64,000 nt of DNA from Tidjanibacter sp. GTDB lineage: Bacteria > Bacteroidota > Bacteroidia > Bacteroidales > Rikenellaceae. This document shows, piece by piece, positions 29,301 to 37,905 of the stretch; the stretch's first letter is position 1, and each line of letters begins with the position of its first letter. Location of the stretch: assembly GCA_045596685.1 (NCBI GenBank), contig JAZOCT010000001.1, positions 4,870-68,869 on the forward strand, given 5' to 3'. The notes under the pieces were generated by a model. It was given only the letters and a program-made list of their open reading frames with translations, was not told the origin of the DNA and ran no database searches. Both the position numbers and the translations under genes were made by a program.

Positions 29301-29332
29301 GGCGTGCAACGAAATGCCCCTGTTTTGCATCT
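29301..29332 (+). promoter_or_regulatory. 32-nt conserved motif (candidate ECF-type promoter or operator), copy A
   Basis: GGCGTGCAACGAAATGCCCCTGTTTTGCATCT. It is 27/32 identical to 53798-53829 and lies 37 nt upstream of the lipoprotein ATG. Confidence 0.5.
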
Positions 29333-29369
29333 ATATGTTATAGAGCACAAACTTAACACCCTAACTACT

Positions 29370-29735
29370 ATGAAACGCGGAATCAAAAACATCCTTTTGA
29401 GCCTTGCAGGTTTCTCGGCTGCCCCCATTCTCACCGCCTGCTATGGTATGCCCGACAACTACTACGACGAGCCGGAGATGTTCAACGACATAAAAGGCTT
29501 CGTAGTCGATACGGAGTTGAACCCCATCAAAGATATTGAGGTCTATGTAGATGGACAGACTTGTCGCACCAATGAGAATGGCAGTTTCCACCTCGATGGC
29601 GAATTTTGGGGCTACACCACCCTCACCGCTACCGATGTGGATGGCGAGGCAAACGGTGGCGAATTCGGCACTGTGGATGTGCCCGTATCGGAGGAAAACC
29701 ACGCAATCATAAGTGTCGTAATGAGTAGAAAATAG
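29370..29735 (+). CDS. small lipoprotein with a carboxypeptidase-regulatory-like beta-sandwich domain (radical-SAM-associated)
   Basis: 121 aa with lipobox ILTAC. IKGFVVDTELNPIKDIEVYVDGQTCRTNENGSFHLDG fits the CarboxypepD_reg pattern. Confidence 0.65.
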   Translation: MKRGIKNILLSLAGFSAAPILTACYGMPDNYYDEPEMFNDIKGFVVDTELNPIKDIEVYVDGQTCRTNENGSFHLDGEFWGYTTLTATDVDGEANGGEFGTVDVPVSEENHAIISVVMSRK

Positions 29736-29739
29736 CGCT

Positions 29740-30816
29740 ATGGCAAACATCAAAATAGGACTACGCAAGAGGTTGGCACTCAATCTGTTTGCAGGCATCA
29801 AGCGCGAACTTGCCGAGAAACACGAGTTGCGCGAAATATTCTGGGAGTGTACCCTACGTTGCAACCTCAACTGTCGCCACTGCGGGAGCGATTGTCGCTC
29901 CTCGTCGGCAACACCCGATATGCCCGCCGAGGATTTTCTCGCGGCTGTGGACAAAATCACACCCCACGTCAATCCACACAAGGTGATGGTCGTAATCACC
30001 GGTGGTGAGGCCCTCTGTCGCAAAGACCTCGATAGTGTGGGGCGAGAACTCTACAAACGTGGCTACCCCTGGGGAATAGTCACAAATGGTATGCTCCTCA
30101 CAAAGGAGCGTATGCGCTCACTTGTAGCCTCGGGTCTGCGCTCCATTACGGTGTCGATTGACGGGTTCGAGGAGCAACATAACTACATACGTCGCAACCC
30201 CAATAGTTGGCAAAATGCCATCCGAGCACTCGATGTCATAACAGCCACCAAAGGTATCGCCTACGATGTCGTAACCTGCGTAAATAGAGATAATTACCGC
30301 CATCTTACCGAGTTCAAAGAGTTGCTCATTGCACACGGATGCAAGGCGTGGAGGCTCTTCACAATCTTCCCCGTAGGGAGGGCTGCCGAGGATGATGCGC
30401 TCCAACTCCCACCCGAGGAGTATCGCGGGCTGATGGATTTTATCGAAGCAACCCGCAAGGAGGGACGCATCCAGTGTAACTACGCCTGCGAGGGTTTCCT
30501 CGGAGGGTACGAGGCCGAAGTAAGGGACAACTTCTTCGGTTGTCAGGCGGGCATCGGCATTATAGGCATCAAGGTTGATGGCGCGATTTCGGGTTGTACG
30601 AGCATACGCGCGGGATTCGACCAGGGCAACATCTACACCGATGACATCTGGGATGTGTGGCAAAACCGCTTCGAGCCCTTCCGCAACCGCGCGTGGGCAC
30701 ACAAAGGGGTGTGCAAAGATTGCAAGATGTGGAAATTCTGCGAGGGCAACGGTATGCACCTCTACGACGACAACCACGAACTACTCCACTGCAACTACCA
30801 GAGATTGTGTAAGTAA
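29740..30816 (+). CDS. radical SAM protein with a C-terminal SPASM domain
   Basis: 358 aa. The CxxxCxxC motif is CNLNCRHC. The C-terminal Cys cluster is GCQAG...SGCTS...CKDCKMWKFCEGNG. Confidence 0.85.
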   Translation: MANIKIGLRKRLALNLFAGIKRELAEKHELREIFWECTLRCNLNCRHCGSDCRSSSATPDMPAEDFLAAVDKITPHVNPHKVMVVITGGEALCRKDLDSVGRELYKRGYPWGIVTNGMLLTKERMRSLVASGLRSITVSIDGFEEQHNYIRRNPNSWQNAIRALDVITATKGIAYDVVTCVNRDNYRHLTEFKELLIAHGCKAWRLFTIFPVGRAAEDDALQLPPEEYRGLMDFIEATRKEGRIQCNYACEGFLGGYEAEVRDNFFGCQAGIGIIGIKVDGAISGCTSIRAGFDQGNIYTDDIWDVWQNRFEPFRNRAWAHKGVCKDCKMWKFCEGNGMHLYDDNHELLHCNYQRLCK

Positions 30817-30847
30817 TCCCCCCCTATCCCCAATAGCCCATACGACA

Positions 30848-31624
30848 ATGAAGAAAATTCTACCTTTTATTCTACTATTTATACTCGCCATTCCGCAAGG
30901 GGCCTCGGCGCAAGAGAGATTATACACCGAAGAGCCCACCTATCTCACCGACTTTGAACAAGATTACGCAGAGAGAATCTACGAGATTGGAAAGTGGGCA
31001 ACAATAAGTAGTGGTGCGGTTGTGGCAAGTGGCGCACTCATCTGGTATCTTGGCGAGTTATCCATCCGCGAACAACTCAAAGATTCCGACGTGGTAAATG
31101 GTATTGTATCCACAGTAGGTTTGATGCAAACCCTTATGGGTGGCATTTGCCTTACAGCAGCGGTCCCCCTCTATCTGTGGGGCTTGGATTTGAATAATAA
31201 CCCCGATGGAATAAGCCTCGAAATGGGAGAAAAACAACGCGGTTGGGGCGGCAGATTGGATGTTGGTTGGGGATTTTCCAACACGCCAAACATCGGAGGT
31301 TCAATTGGTTACAACTTCAACCACAGACTCTTCATAGGTATCGGTGCGGGCTACGAATACGACCTCAATGGCGAGGGGCCCTACAACTATCCCGTCATCC
31401 CCGCCTATGCCGACATCAGGTACCGATTGGGCGGTAGTCGCATCACCCCCTATCTTGGCGTGAAGGCCGGTTTCGACTTCAATGGCGTGCCTATCCCCTA
31501 CGGCACCATTGATTGGGGTGTGAGCCAGCGATGCCGCAACTCGTCGGGCGCGTGGTGGTATGCCCTTTCGCTCTCCAATAACTACAACAACACTCTATCG
31601 TTTAGAATAAGTCGCTCATTTTAG
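30848..31624 (+). CDS. secreted/membrane protein with TM segments and a porin-like beta-strand C-terminal region
   Basis: 258 aa from MKKILPFILLFILAIPQGASA. There are two hydrophobic helices, followed by alternating aromatic/Gly strands (GYNFNHRLFIGIGAGYEYD). Confidence 0.55.
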   Translation: MKKILPFILLFILAIPQGASAQERLYTEEPTYLTDFEQDYAERIYEIGKWATISSGAVVASGALIWYLGELSIREQLKDSDVVNGIVSTVGLMQTLMGGICLTAAVPLYLWGLDLNNNPDGISLEMGEKQRGWGGRLDVGWGFSNTPNIGGSIGYNFNHRLFIGIGAGYEYDLNGEGPYNYPVIPAYADIRYRLGGSRITPYLGVKAGFDFNGVPIPYGTIDWGVSQRCRNSSGAWWYALSLSNNYNNTLSFRISRSF

Positions 31625-31726
31625 CCGCTCATCCCCTCTTGGTTGACGGGTACCGTCAACTTTTTTATAGAGGGTGCCGTAACGGCACTTCTGTGAGGGG
31701 GGTACTCTCGAAAGTTCGGAAGAAAT

Positions 31727-31854
31727 AAAAAAAACGCATAGAATCGAGCGAGTTATAGGCGCACAAGAAAGCGGGCTCCGCAGTTTACTAAACGTAAATG
31801 AGGTGCCCGCTTATCGCAGTGCAACGACTAAATCGCCGATTATATGCGTTTTTT
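31727..31854. repeat. structured palindromic repeat of about 125 nt, copy 3
   Basis: aaaaaaaacgcatagaatcg...cgattatatgcgtttttt. Apical motif cgcagtttac-taaac-gtaaatgag with helix aagcgggc/gcccgctt. It abuts the 3' end of tRNA-Arg. Confidence 0.85.
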
Positions 31855-31855
31855 G

Positions 31856-31927
31856 TAGTCCCACCGGGAATCGAACCCAGATTTACAGTTTAGGAAACTG
31901 TCGTTCTATCCGTTGAACTATGGAACC
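31856..31927 (-). tRNA. tRNA-Arg (anticodon CCT)
   Basis: Hand-folded 72-nt cloverleaf. Anticodon arm acagt-TTCCTAA-actgt, T-arm ctggg-ttcgatt-cccgg. Confidence 0.85.
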
Positions 31928-32023
31928 AAGCTGGTCTTCTCTTCCAAGACCTCGTGCCCAGAGGCGCTGCGGAAACCTTCAATCAGCCAAACAACCAACA
32001 TCCAGCCCCCTTATCTCACCCCC

Positions 32024-32992
32024 TTACTCGGCAGTAGTTTTTCTCTCTGCAAACGCCTTGCGAATATCCTCCGCATAACCCGACTTGATACTCAACTCGG
32101 TCTGGTGTACCATATTGCGGAGCGCCAAGACTGTGGAGGAACCGTGACCCACTATCACAACCTCACCAACACCAAGCGCGGGTGTACCACCCTTAATCTC
32201 GTAATTGAGGTTGTCGAGGAACTCATCGTCTATCTTCCTTGCTTTGGCAATGAAGCGAAGACTCTCGGAGAGTTTCAGCAACACGTTGCCCATAAATCCA
32301 TCACAGACAACAACATCTGCCTTGCCGAGGTAGAAATCCTTACCCTCGATGTTGCCCACGAAGTTGATACTCTTCTCCGAAGCCAACATTTGGTATGCAG
32401 CCTTTGTCGCCGCGTTACCCTTACTCTCCTCCTCGCCAATATTGAGGAGTCCCACGCGGGGATTCTCCAACCCCCAGAGGTCTTTGGCGTAGATGCTACC
32501 CATAATACTATACTGGTGTAGTACCTCGGGTTTGCAATCTACGTTGAGCCCCACATCCAGCAGGAGGGTATATCCTCCCCTGACGTTTGCAATGGCAGCC
32601 GAAATTGCAGGACGGATGACACCCTCGGTGACACCCACCGTAAACATCGCACCTGCCATCATTGCACCGGTTGAACCAGCGCTTGCAATGCCGTCAATCT
32701 TACCCGCTTTGAGCCACTCAAAGCCCTTGCGGATACTCGAATCGGGCTTCGACTGGAAGGCCTTTGCAGGGTGGTCATTCATTGTGATAACCTCGGTGGT
32801 TGCCACAATCTCTATCCTATCCCCCTTGTAGCCCTCTGCCTCCAAGCACCTCTCAATAGCCTCCTTGTCGCCAAAGAGCACCACCTTCGAGGTCACGTCG
32901 AGCAACGACAACGACTCTACAACTCCCTTGACTACCGCCTCGGGAGCGTAATCGCCACCCATCGCATCGACTCCTATTCGCAGACTGCGCAT
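32024..32992 (-). CDS. plsX: phosphate acyltransferase
   Basis: 322 aa with MRIGVDAMGGDYAP-type N-terminus. It is located downstream of rpmF. Confidence 0.9.
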   Translation of the reverse strand: MRSLRIGVDAMGGDYAPEAVVKGVVESLSLLDVTSKVVLFGDKEAIERCLEAEGYKGDRIEIVATTEVITMNDHPAKAFQSKPDSSIRKGFEWLKAGKIDGIASAGSTGAMMAGAMFTVGVTEGVIRPAISAAIANVRGGYTLLLDVGLNVDCKPEVLHQYSIMGSIYAKDLWGLENPRVGLLNIGEEESKGNAATKAAYQMLASEKSINFVGNIEGKDFYLGKADVVVCDGFMGNVLLKLSESLRFIAKARKIDDEFLDNLNYEIKGGTPALGVGEVVIVGHGSSTVLALRNMVHQTELSIKSGYAEDIRKAFAERKTTAE

Positions 32993-33012
32993 CGCTCGGT
33001 AAAGTCAGTTAC

Positions 33013-33195
33013 CTACTCGGCTTTTTTCTCGATTGCCAATTTGCCACGATAGAAACCACACTCGGGGCATACGCGGTGGTACTGAACGGGCGAACCGCAG
33101 TTCGAGCAAACTGCAACGGTAGGAACAGCTGCTACATAGTGAGTCCTACGTTTGTCTCTTCTGGTCGACGAAACCTTGTGTTTAGGATGTGCCAT
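33013..33195 (-). CDS. rpmF: 50S ribosomal protein L32
   Basis: 60 aa. MAHPKHKVSSTRRDKRR plus a CxxC...CxxC zinc ribbon. Confidence 0.9.
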   Translation of the reverse strand: MAHPKHKVSSTRRDKRRTHYVAAVPTVAVCSNCGSPVQYHRVCPECGFYRGKLAIEKKAE

Positions 33196-33222
33196 AGTTG
33201 TCTTTTGTTTTTATAAGTTAAT

Positions 33223-33792
33223 CTATTCGTTCTCTTTCTCTTGCATCTCCAATTGGCGTTTGAGGGCCGCAAGCGCGTCGCCATTCTCACCACCGGAGAG
33301 TGAATTTTCTTTGGGCTCGGCAATCTCCTCAAACTCCTCCTCGCTCACGATTCTGAAACGGGCAACCATCTCTTGGTTGCACTCCTCAATACTCTCGTGC
33401 ACCCTTTGGTAAGGAAGCGACAGCAGGAGGGTCTCATAGACATAAGGCGCCAAATCAATCTCTTCATCGGCAGGATTGAGCCACATAACCTCGCCATCGA
33501 ACTCAATCTCCTCGTCGCTGAACTTCACATAGAGTGTATCCTCCGCCTCAACGGGATATTCGAGTTCATCCAAGCACCTATCGCACTCCACTTGTGCCAC
33601 ACCGTCCAATGCCACTTCGAAGGTGAGCATCTGGGCCGTCTTGGTCATCACAACATCCACAGCCACCTCTGCATCAAGGAGTTCCTCGTCACCCAACTCT
33701 TCCAAGAGAGCCTTGTCGATAGTGAACTCAAAGTGGTGTTCGCCACTCTTGTAGCCCTTAAACGGGATGCAAAATTCTTTCAGTGCGCTCAT
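33223..33792 (-). CDS. DUF177 (YceD-like) protein
   Basis: 189 aa and acidic. It shows the conserved synteny upstream of rpmF-plsX. Confidence 0.7.
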   Translation of the reverse strand: MSALKEFCIPFKGYKSGEHHFEFTIDKALLEELGDEELLDAEVAVDVVMTKTAQMLTFEVALDGVAQVECDRCLDELEYPVEAEDTLYVKFSDEEIEFDGEVMWLNPADEEIDLAPYVYETLLLSLPYQRVHESIEECNQEMVARFRIVSEEEFEEIAEPKENSLSGGENGDALAALKRQLEMQEKENE

Positions 33793-33832
33793 AAGTGCCT
33801 AAAATTAGCCCGCAAATATACAAAGAAATTTG

Positions 33833-33868
33833 GAAATCGAAAATTGAAAATTGAAAATTTTATCTTTT
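33833..33868. repeat. GAAAATT heptamer tandem array
   Basis: gaaatcgaaaattgaaaattgaaaattgaaaatttt, lying between the thiL stop and the DUF177 gene start. Confidence 0.85.
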
Positions 33869-33872
33869 CCCT

Positions 33873-34892
33873 CTATTTTCTCGCAAAACCAGGTGCCGTC
33901 AAGGGCAACTCGCCTCCCTCGGGGGTGACAAGCACCGCACCGTGAGTCGTGACGTGACCGATGACATCCACACCGCCAAAGCGCAACACCTTATCTCTCA
34001 TCTCCAAAGGAACGGTGAACATCAATTCGTAGTCGTCACCGCCATTGAGCATCGCCACAATCGGGTCGGCGTGCAACTCCTCCGCCATAGCCCTCGTCTC
34101 GGCAGCAATGGGTATGCGCTCCAAGTAGAGCCTTACGCCACAGGCCGACGATTTGCACAGTTGCAGGGTGTCGGATGCCAAACCATCGGTAATATCAATC
34201 ATTGCGGTGGGAACAATGCCCTCTGTTTCGAGAGCCCTCACAATATCGAGGCGCAAGTCGGGTTTGAGCCAGCGACGCAGGATATACTCGTGCCCCTTGA
34301 AGTCGGGCTCGGGATTGGGGTGACCATCCAACGCGATGCGCTCCCTCTCCAAAAGGTGCAGGCCCATATACGCTGCGCCCAAATCGCTGGTAATGCAAAT
34401 CAGGTCGTTCTCCTTTGCGCCCGAGCGACGCACCAAGCGGTCTTTTGCCACATCGCCCACCGCCGACACACTGATAGTCAGGCCATTAACGGAAGCCGTA
34501 GTATCACCACCCACAAGGTCTATATTATACTCCTTGCACGCCAATCTCACACCCTCATACAACTCTTCGAGGTCCTCAACGGCAAATCGTGCCGACACGC
34601 CAATCGAGATAGTCACCTGACGAGGGGTGCCGTTCATTGCGACAATATCGCTCATACCCGCCACCACGACCTTGTAGCCGAGGTATTTGAGGGGGAAGTA
34701 TGTGAGGTCGAAATGGACTCCTTCGAGCAGCAGTTCCGTAGAGAGCAGGAGGTATCTATCTCCCGCATCTATAACTGCGGCATCGTCCCCCACTCCCACT
34801 ACGGTAGTGCCATTTGTTGCCTCAAAACCCTGTGTCAATCTGTCGATGAGTCCGAAGTGTCCCACCTCGGCAATTTCAGTGCGTTTGTTCAT
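33873..34892 (-). CDS. thiL: thiamine-monophosphate kinase
   Basis: AIR-synthase-like fold sequence. I placed the start at MNKRTEIAEVGHFGLIDRL, internal to the tracked ORF. Confidence 0.8.
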   Translation of the reverse strand: MNKRTEIAEVGHFGLIDRLTQGFEATNGTTVVGVGDDAAVIDAGDRYLLLSTELLLEGVHFDLTYFPLKYLGYKVVVAGMSDIVAMNGTPRQVTISIGVSARFAVEDLEELYEGVRLACKEYNIDLVGGDTTASVNGLTISVSAVGDVAKDRLVRRSGAKENDLICITSDLGAAYMGLHLLERERIALDGHPNPEPDFKGHEYILRRWLKPDLRLDIVRALETEGIVPTAMIDITDGLASDTLQLCKSSACGVRLYLERIPIAAETRAMAEELHADPIVAMLNGGDDYELMFTVPLEMRDKVLRFGGVDVIGHVTTHGAVLVTPEGGELPLTAPGFARK

Positions 34893-35014
34893 ATTTGCCA
34901 AAATTTCAATTTGGCGCAAAGATAATAAATATTTTTACTAATTGGGTATGCAATTTGAGGATTAATATCTATATTTGCACCCGTGAAAAAATTTGCATAT
35001 TATTTAGCATCTAA

Positions 35015-35590
35015 ATGAAAAACATAGTACTATTCGGAGCGCCGGGTGCCGGCAAGGGTACCCAAGCGGTCAAATTGGTTGAGAAATATGGTTTCAACCA
35101 CATCTCAACGGGTCAGGTTATCAGGAACGAAATCAAGGCTCAAACCCCCGCAGGTAAGCAGGTGGAGGAGTGCATCGCCCGAGGCGAATTTGCCCCCGAC
35201 GACTTGGTTATCGAGATTGTGAAACACTTTATGGCCACTCACCAAGATGTGGCAGGCAGCATCTTCGACGGCTTCCCCCGCAATACCTATCAGGCAGAGC
35301 AGTTCGACCTGCTGATGAAGGAGTGGAATAGCAAGGTGGATGTTATGCTCTCGCTCGAAGTCCCCGAAGAGGAACTCGTAGCACGTTTGCTGTTGAGAGG
35401 CAAGGAGAGTGGCAGGGCCGACGATGCCTCCGAGGAGGTTATCCGCAACCGCATCCGCATCTACAATGAGCAGACAGCAGTGGTGGCCGACTACTACGCC
35501 AAGCAGGGCAAGCACATCGCCATCGATGGCACCGGTACTATTGAGGAGATTTTCGAAAGGCTCTGCAAAGAGGTAGACGCACTTAAATAA
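35015..35590 (+). CDS. adk: adenylate kinase
   Basis: 191 aa with P-loop GAPGAGKGTQ. Confidence 0.9.
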   Translation: MKNIVLFGAPGAGKGTQAVKLVEKYGFNHISTGQVIRNEIKAQTPAGKQVEECIARGEFAPDDLVIEIVKHFMATHQDVAGSIFDGFPRNTYQAEQFDLLMKEWNSKVDVMLSLEVPEEELVARLLLRGKESGRADDASEEVIRNRIRIYNEQTAVVADYYAKQGKHIAIDGTGTIEEIFERLCKEVDALK

Positions 35591-35761
35591 CGTGAGTTTC
35601 GTGAATTTCAACTTATTGAAATTCCGAAACATCCGCTTTATCAAAGAGCCTTTTTTGAGGCTCTTTGAGCAAGTCCCTCCTTTGTCAAAGGAGGGATTTA
35701 GGGAGGAATATAAGCATTAATCAGCCCACGCAGTGGGCTAATGGGCTTGCGGAGCAGGCCC

Positions 35762-35850
35762 TAACGTGAGGTTTGCGGAAATGGTGCAATAGTAAGCACG
35801 TTATTAACAGCAAGTTGGCGATGCGCCATTTTCGCAAAACTCACGTTAAA
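35762..35850. repeat. 88-nt element with TIRs of about 28 nt, copy A
   Basis: taacgtgaggtttgcggaaatggtgca...tgcgccattttcgcaaaactcacgtta. The reverse complement of copy B (40863-40950) matches it almost perfectly across the inner ~70 nt. A solo TIR-like fragment, aacgtgagtttcg, occurs at 35589-35601. Confidence 0.85.
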
Positions 35851-35864
35851 TAGAATTGAAAATT

Positions 35865-35903
35865 AAGATGGTGTCCAATAGGTCATTGGACACCATCTTT
35901 TTT
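35865..35903. terminator. hairpin terminator between the convergent adk and OMP genes
   Basis: 15-bp stem aagatggtgtccaat/attggacaccatctt followed by a T-run. Confidence 0.7.
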
Positions 35904-35915
35904 GTGAGAATTTAT

Positions 35916-36521
35916 TTAGAACTTCACGCCTGCTTTGAGATACACACCTGGAATCGTGTAGTCCTCATAATCTATAACTTCTTCAACTCGATTGATATTC
36001 AAGGAGATGTATAGCGGTTTCGAGTAGCGATACACATCGCAACCGATTTCGAGTGTGGGGATAAATGCAGAGCCAAGTCCATACTCGCCACTATCAGATA
36101 TATATGGTGGTAAAAGCACTCCTACCCAACTTGCAATATAGGGTTGGAACTCGCTCTCTGGGAATGTAGATGCAATAGGGTGAATTTTGACACCACCGCG
36201 CAACTCAATACCAAAATTGATGTCAAAGTAGTACCAATAGCCCGCCCAAAGTCCTGCAACAACCGAAACATAGGAGCCAAAGCGGTATTGCGCAGTGTAG
36301 TCCACGCCCACATTTACCTCACCGGTATCATTGTAGCCCACAAGCGCACCAACCGAGTGGGAGAACCTACCCACCTCGTCGCCCCAATCACCAGCCGTAG
36401 GCCTCTCGCGCTCGATTTTCACTCGTGTCTGCTTCACAACACCCGAGGGGCGAATCATCTGTGCATTGGCGAGGCTCGCCGCACCCACCAATGCTAAAAG
36501 TGTGATAATTAGTTTCTTCAT
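35916..36521 (-). CDS. small outer-membrane beta-barrel protein (paralog 1)
   Basis: 201 aa with a signal peptide. It ends in ...LKAGVKF and has alternating aromatic/Gly strands. Confidence 0.6.
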   Translation of the reverse strand: MKKLIITLLALVGAASLANAQMIRPSGVVKQTRVKIERERPTAGDWGDEVGRFSHSVGALVGYNDTGEVNVGVDYTAQYRFGSYVSVVAGLWAGYWYYFDINFGIELRGGVKIHPIASTFPESEFQPYIASWVGVLLPPYISDSGEYGLGSAFIPTLEIGCDVYRYSKPLYISLNINRVEEVIDYEDYTIPGVYLKAGVKF

Positions 36522-36527
36522 ATTTTA

Positions 36528-37139
36528 TTAGAATTTAATGCCTCCTTTGAGGTATACGCCAAAGAGCCAATACTCTTCGTCGTAGTTATCAAAGGTGTTC
36601 ATATTGAGGTTGAAAGATAGGAATAAAGGTCGCCCCCATTTGTAGGCATCGCAACCCGCCTCGAAGGTGAGCGCAAATGGGAGATGTCCCCACTCCTGAC
36701 CACCATGCTTATTGCCTCCATTATATACAACCCAAAGGTTCGGCGTGATATATCCTGCCCAAACCGACACATAGGGCTGGAATTGGCTCTCGGACTTAAA
36801 GAGAGCAAGGGGATGAACTCTTACATTGGCGCGCAGTTCCACGCCAATTTTGTCGTCATACCAATCGCCATATCCTCCCCAGATGCCTGCGCCTACCGAG
36901 AACAGGGGAGAGAAGCGGTACTGTGCCGTGTAGTCCAAACCTGCATAGTCGAGACTTGCAAGCGCACCTACCGAATGGGTTATGCGCCCAACCTCATCGC
37001 TCCAAACGCCTATGGTTGTCTTTTCGCGCTCGATTTTCACACGGGTTTGTTTGACCACTCCCGAGGGGCGAATCATCTGTGCATTAGCGAGGCCCACAGC
37101 GCCCACCAAAGCGAATAATAGCAGTGTAAATCGCTTCAT
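36528..37139 (-). CDS. small outer-membrane beta-barrel protein (paralog 2)
   Basis: 203 aa. It shares the N-terminal ANAQMIRPSGVVKQTRVKIERE with paralog 1 and ends in ...LKGGIKF. Confidence 0.6.
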   Translation of the reverse strand: MKRFTLLLFALVGAVGLANAQMIRPSGVVKQTRVKIEREKTTIGVWSDEVGRITHSVGALASLDYAGLDYTAQYRFSPLFSVGAGIWGGYGDWYDDKIGVELRANVRVHPLALFKSESQFQPYVSVWAGYITPNLWVVYNGGNKHGGQEWGHLPFALTFEAGCDAYKWGRPLFLSFNLNMNTFDNYDEEYWLFGVYLKGGIKF

Positions 37140-37156
37140 AGTCCTCGAAATAGTTT

Positions 37157-37666
37157 CTATTTGTTTTCGTAGAGATGGAGGCGCTCTTCATCCTCGGGCG
37201 AGAGAATAACCATATCGCCATTATTGTTGCGCATAAGGCTTGCTCGACGTACAAGTTCGGCATCTTCGAGGGTGGCCTTTCGGAAATTGACATACTTTGC
37301 GGGGAAGCCCGTTACGGTGATAACAAGCCTGCCATCGAGGGTCTGCACATCAATCATCGAGGCTACCAACACATCGGCATCATAGGACTTTGCAGCCTTC
37401 GAGAGAGCAATCTTCTTGTAACTCTCCATATTCTCCTTCTGGATGGCAAAACCATCCACTACAATATCGACGAAAGCAGCCCTTTCGACGTGTTTTATGC
37501 GGGTGCTCGAAACTTCCAGGTCGGCAATGACGGGTGAAGTGAGCATAACGTGCTCGGGTTCGAGGTTGCGCGCGGTGGATTCGTTGTAGTCGTAGGTGAT
37601 GTACGATGTGGGTGCACAAGCTACTGCCAACAGCATAGCAATGGCAATGAATAGATATTTTTTCAT
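37157..37666 (-). CDS. hypothetical lipoprotein
   Basis: About 169 aa from MKKYLFIAIAMLLAVAC (lipobox). Confidence 0.55.
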   Translation of the reverse strand: MKKYLFIAIAMLLAVACAPTSYITYDYNESTARNLEPEHVMLTSPVIADLEVSSTRIKHVERAAFVDIVVDGFAIQKENMESYKKIALSKAAKSYDADVLVASMIDVQTLDGRLVITVTGFPAKYVNFRKATLEDAELVRRASLMRNNNGDMVILSPEDEERLHLYENK

Positions 37667-37825
37667 GGCGTTAAAGTATTTAGGAGTTATAGTTTTCACA
37701 AATATAAGAAAAAATAGCCAAAAAACAATTTTTAGCTATTTTTTTTGTCGCCCAACGACGGGCTCACTTGGGCAAGCCCGAGAAGTATTCAGCGGTCAAC
37801 CGTTAGCAATCGGCCTATTTTTGTT

Positions 37826-37880
37826 CGCGGGCTCGCACCGCGAGCCCGCGACGTTAGACGTTAGACGTTGGACGTTAGAC
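37826..37880. repeat. CGCGGGC hairpin plus (GACGTTR)x4 heptamer array
   Basis: cgcgggctcgcaccgcgagcccgcg followed by gacgtta gacgtta gacgttg gacgtta gac. Confidence 0.9.
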
Positions 37881-37905
37881 TACTCATAGGCCATAGGGCC
37901 GTCTT

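Noticed and set aside
31856-31927. tRNA-Arg as the integration site of the AT-rich islet.
   Set aside because: The islet ends about 2.5 kb away, with normal-composition genes in between. I found no duplicated tRNA 3' segment (att-like direct repeat) and no integrase.
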